Source: Flaccisagitta enflata
Lineage: Eukaryota
NCBI GenBank assembly: GCA_965153355.1
Contig: OZ231126.1
Location: forward strand, 28,210,001 to 28,274,000
Direction: 5' to 3'
Length of the DNA: 64,000 nt
The stretch's first letter is position 1, and each line of letters begins with the position of its first letter. Shown piece after piece: positions 62,310 to 64,000 of this stretch. The notes under the pieces are model-generated. The model had not been told where the DNA came from. It saw nothing but the letters and a program-made list of their open reading frames with translations, and did no database searches. The translations under genes and the position numbers were made by a program.

Positions 62310-64000
62310 CTGCGACAAGACACGTCATGATACATACACGCATGAATGACCACGGCCACGGAAAGAGGAAGATGGGAGGCGTGGGATGGTGTAAGGGAGG
62401 GTACGACAGGGAAGGCATGAGAGAACAAGGAGAATTAGAACGCAGCAAAGATGGAGAAGAGGATGAAGAAGTAGGAGAAGATGGAGAAGAAGAAAAAGAA
62501 GAAGAAGAAGAAGAAGAAGAAGAAGAAGAAGAAGAAGAAGAAGAAGAAGAAGAAGAAGAAGAAGAAGAAGAAGAAGGAGAAGGGGGAGAAGAGGACGAAC
62601 AGAAACAACAAAAAACAACGTCTATTCGTCCGTCGGTATGTAACGTTCATCGTTTTCTGAGCGGTGTCGGCCAAACCGGTCGCGCATGGTATCTGGCTTT
62701 CTGATGATAAAGTTCACACCGCATTAGTTATGAACGCAACTGGAAATTTCAGTTGAAAGATGTACTAATGAATGAATAGATAAATGAACAGAAACAACAG
62801 CAACAAAAACAAAACAACAATAACAATAACAAAAAAAAAAAACAAAAACAAAAACGAAAACAAAAACAACAACCATAACAACAACAACAACATCAACAAC
62901 AAAATGCGTTAGCGCAAGAAGCACAAGTAAGGCAACGTTTGGGGACAATGCCAATGGGGAAACGAGGAGAAATAGAGAGCGTTGCTCAGGAGTCTGGAGT
63001 CTCCAGTGGAGAAATCTTTTTAGTCCCGGACTAGCGACTCTGTAAGAGGCTTTGTCCGTCCGTCCGTCCGTCCATCCGTTGATCCGTCCGTCCGTCAACG
63101 AAGGTCAAAAAGTGGAGAAGCAAGCGTTTTAGTAGAGCTTGAAAAAGGTTAGCCCGTAGATCTCAACAGTTCAGATTTTGCTCTGAAATCAAATTCAACT
63201 GCGTGTAAGATAAAATCACTACGGCCAAACGCTAGCTTCTACAATCCCGGCAACTTCACCGGCGGAGAGAGTGTTAAGTTCTGCTTTGGATTTCAAATGA
63301 AAATTAGGAGATCAAAGCACCCCCGATTTTTAATATTGAATCAATTGACACAATGTTTCATACAATTTTCTGTTCATGCGCTCAAAGTTAGAGTCCAGGG
63401 ACGTAAAGGTCAACTTAAGCACAGACAGTCATATTTTTTTCTAATCTACATTATTTCACATGTATTAAGGTCAATCTTTTTTTCATCGATGTTACTCATA
63501 GGGTTTGGCAGATATTTCACTTTTCTTACTAGACCTACTTCCCTACTCGGATGAAGACTAAAGTAAAGGGGATTTTTATGAAGCAATTTTCCTTGTCATC
63601 ATTGCCGTCTTATTATGCTGTAGTGAGAGACGCACTATCATTAACTCTCTATGGAAACATTTTTTTTGAGGCGCCAAATGGCGTTTTACAGATTACTGCA
63701 TGCAGTTGGATTCACCTTTGGTGTTCTGATGCAATTTATACGTATCAGCGTATCTCTTTGTCTTATTATTCGTTGGTTTTAGCCAGTCTGTCTTTCTTTC
63801 TCAACGCGTAATGATACATTGGAAAGTTAACTCTGACTTAGAGAAAATGTCGGTGGAGACGAGTTTTAGAAATAAAAATGTTTGTACAACATCAAAATGA
63901 GTAATGCTGAAGACATATGATTTCCACAGTTTTATTCAGCGCCGTCACTTTAGTCAAATTGCTGAAAATGATTTTCAAGCGAGCTTTTTTACCCCCGCTG

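Overview
Repeat-rich eukaryotic (animal-like) genomic DNA. Host genes: the last two coding exons of CCDC93 (+), a probable two-exon gene of unknown function (+, 1859-3035), a complete 13-exon kinesin-13 KIF2A-like gene (+, 16338-45430, ~789 aa), and the last 8 exons of a KIF28-like kinesin-3 gene (-, 62309 down to 50576) ending in a CaaX box. The standout is an 8.7-kb tyrosine-recombinase (YR) retrotransposon at 3142-11830 with PAT/Ngaro-type split direct repeats. It carries an unusual cargo: dUTPase, a gag with a CCHC knuckle, a pol with RT, RNase H, adenine-methyltransferase-like and SGNH-hydrolase domains, and YR. It also has apparent spliceosomal introns, a splice acceptor in front of every ORF, a palindromic end junction, and five copies of a covarying RNA stem-loop between gag and pol. 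This copy is disrupted by a TA-flanked MITE in RNase H and a stop codon in YR. The rest of the window holds many MITEs, Helentron/HINE-like repeats, a hAT-type element, an 11.9-kb TIR-bounded satellite-filled element inside a KIF2A intron, an element with inverted telomere-like repeats, and tandem copies of exon ends plus splice donors in three introns of the KIF28-like gene. All calls come from manual reading; no database searches were run.
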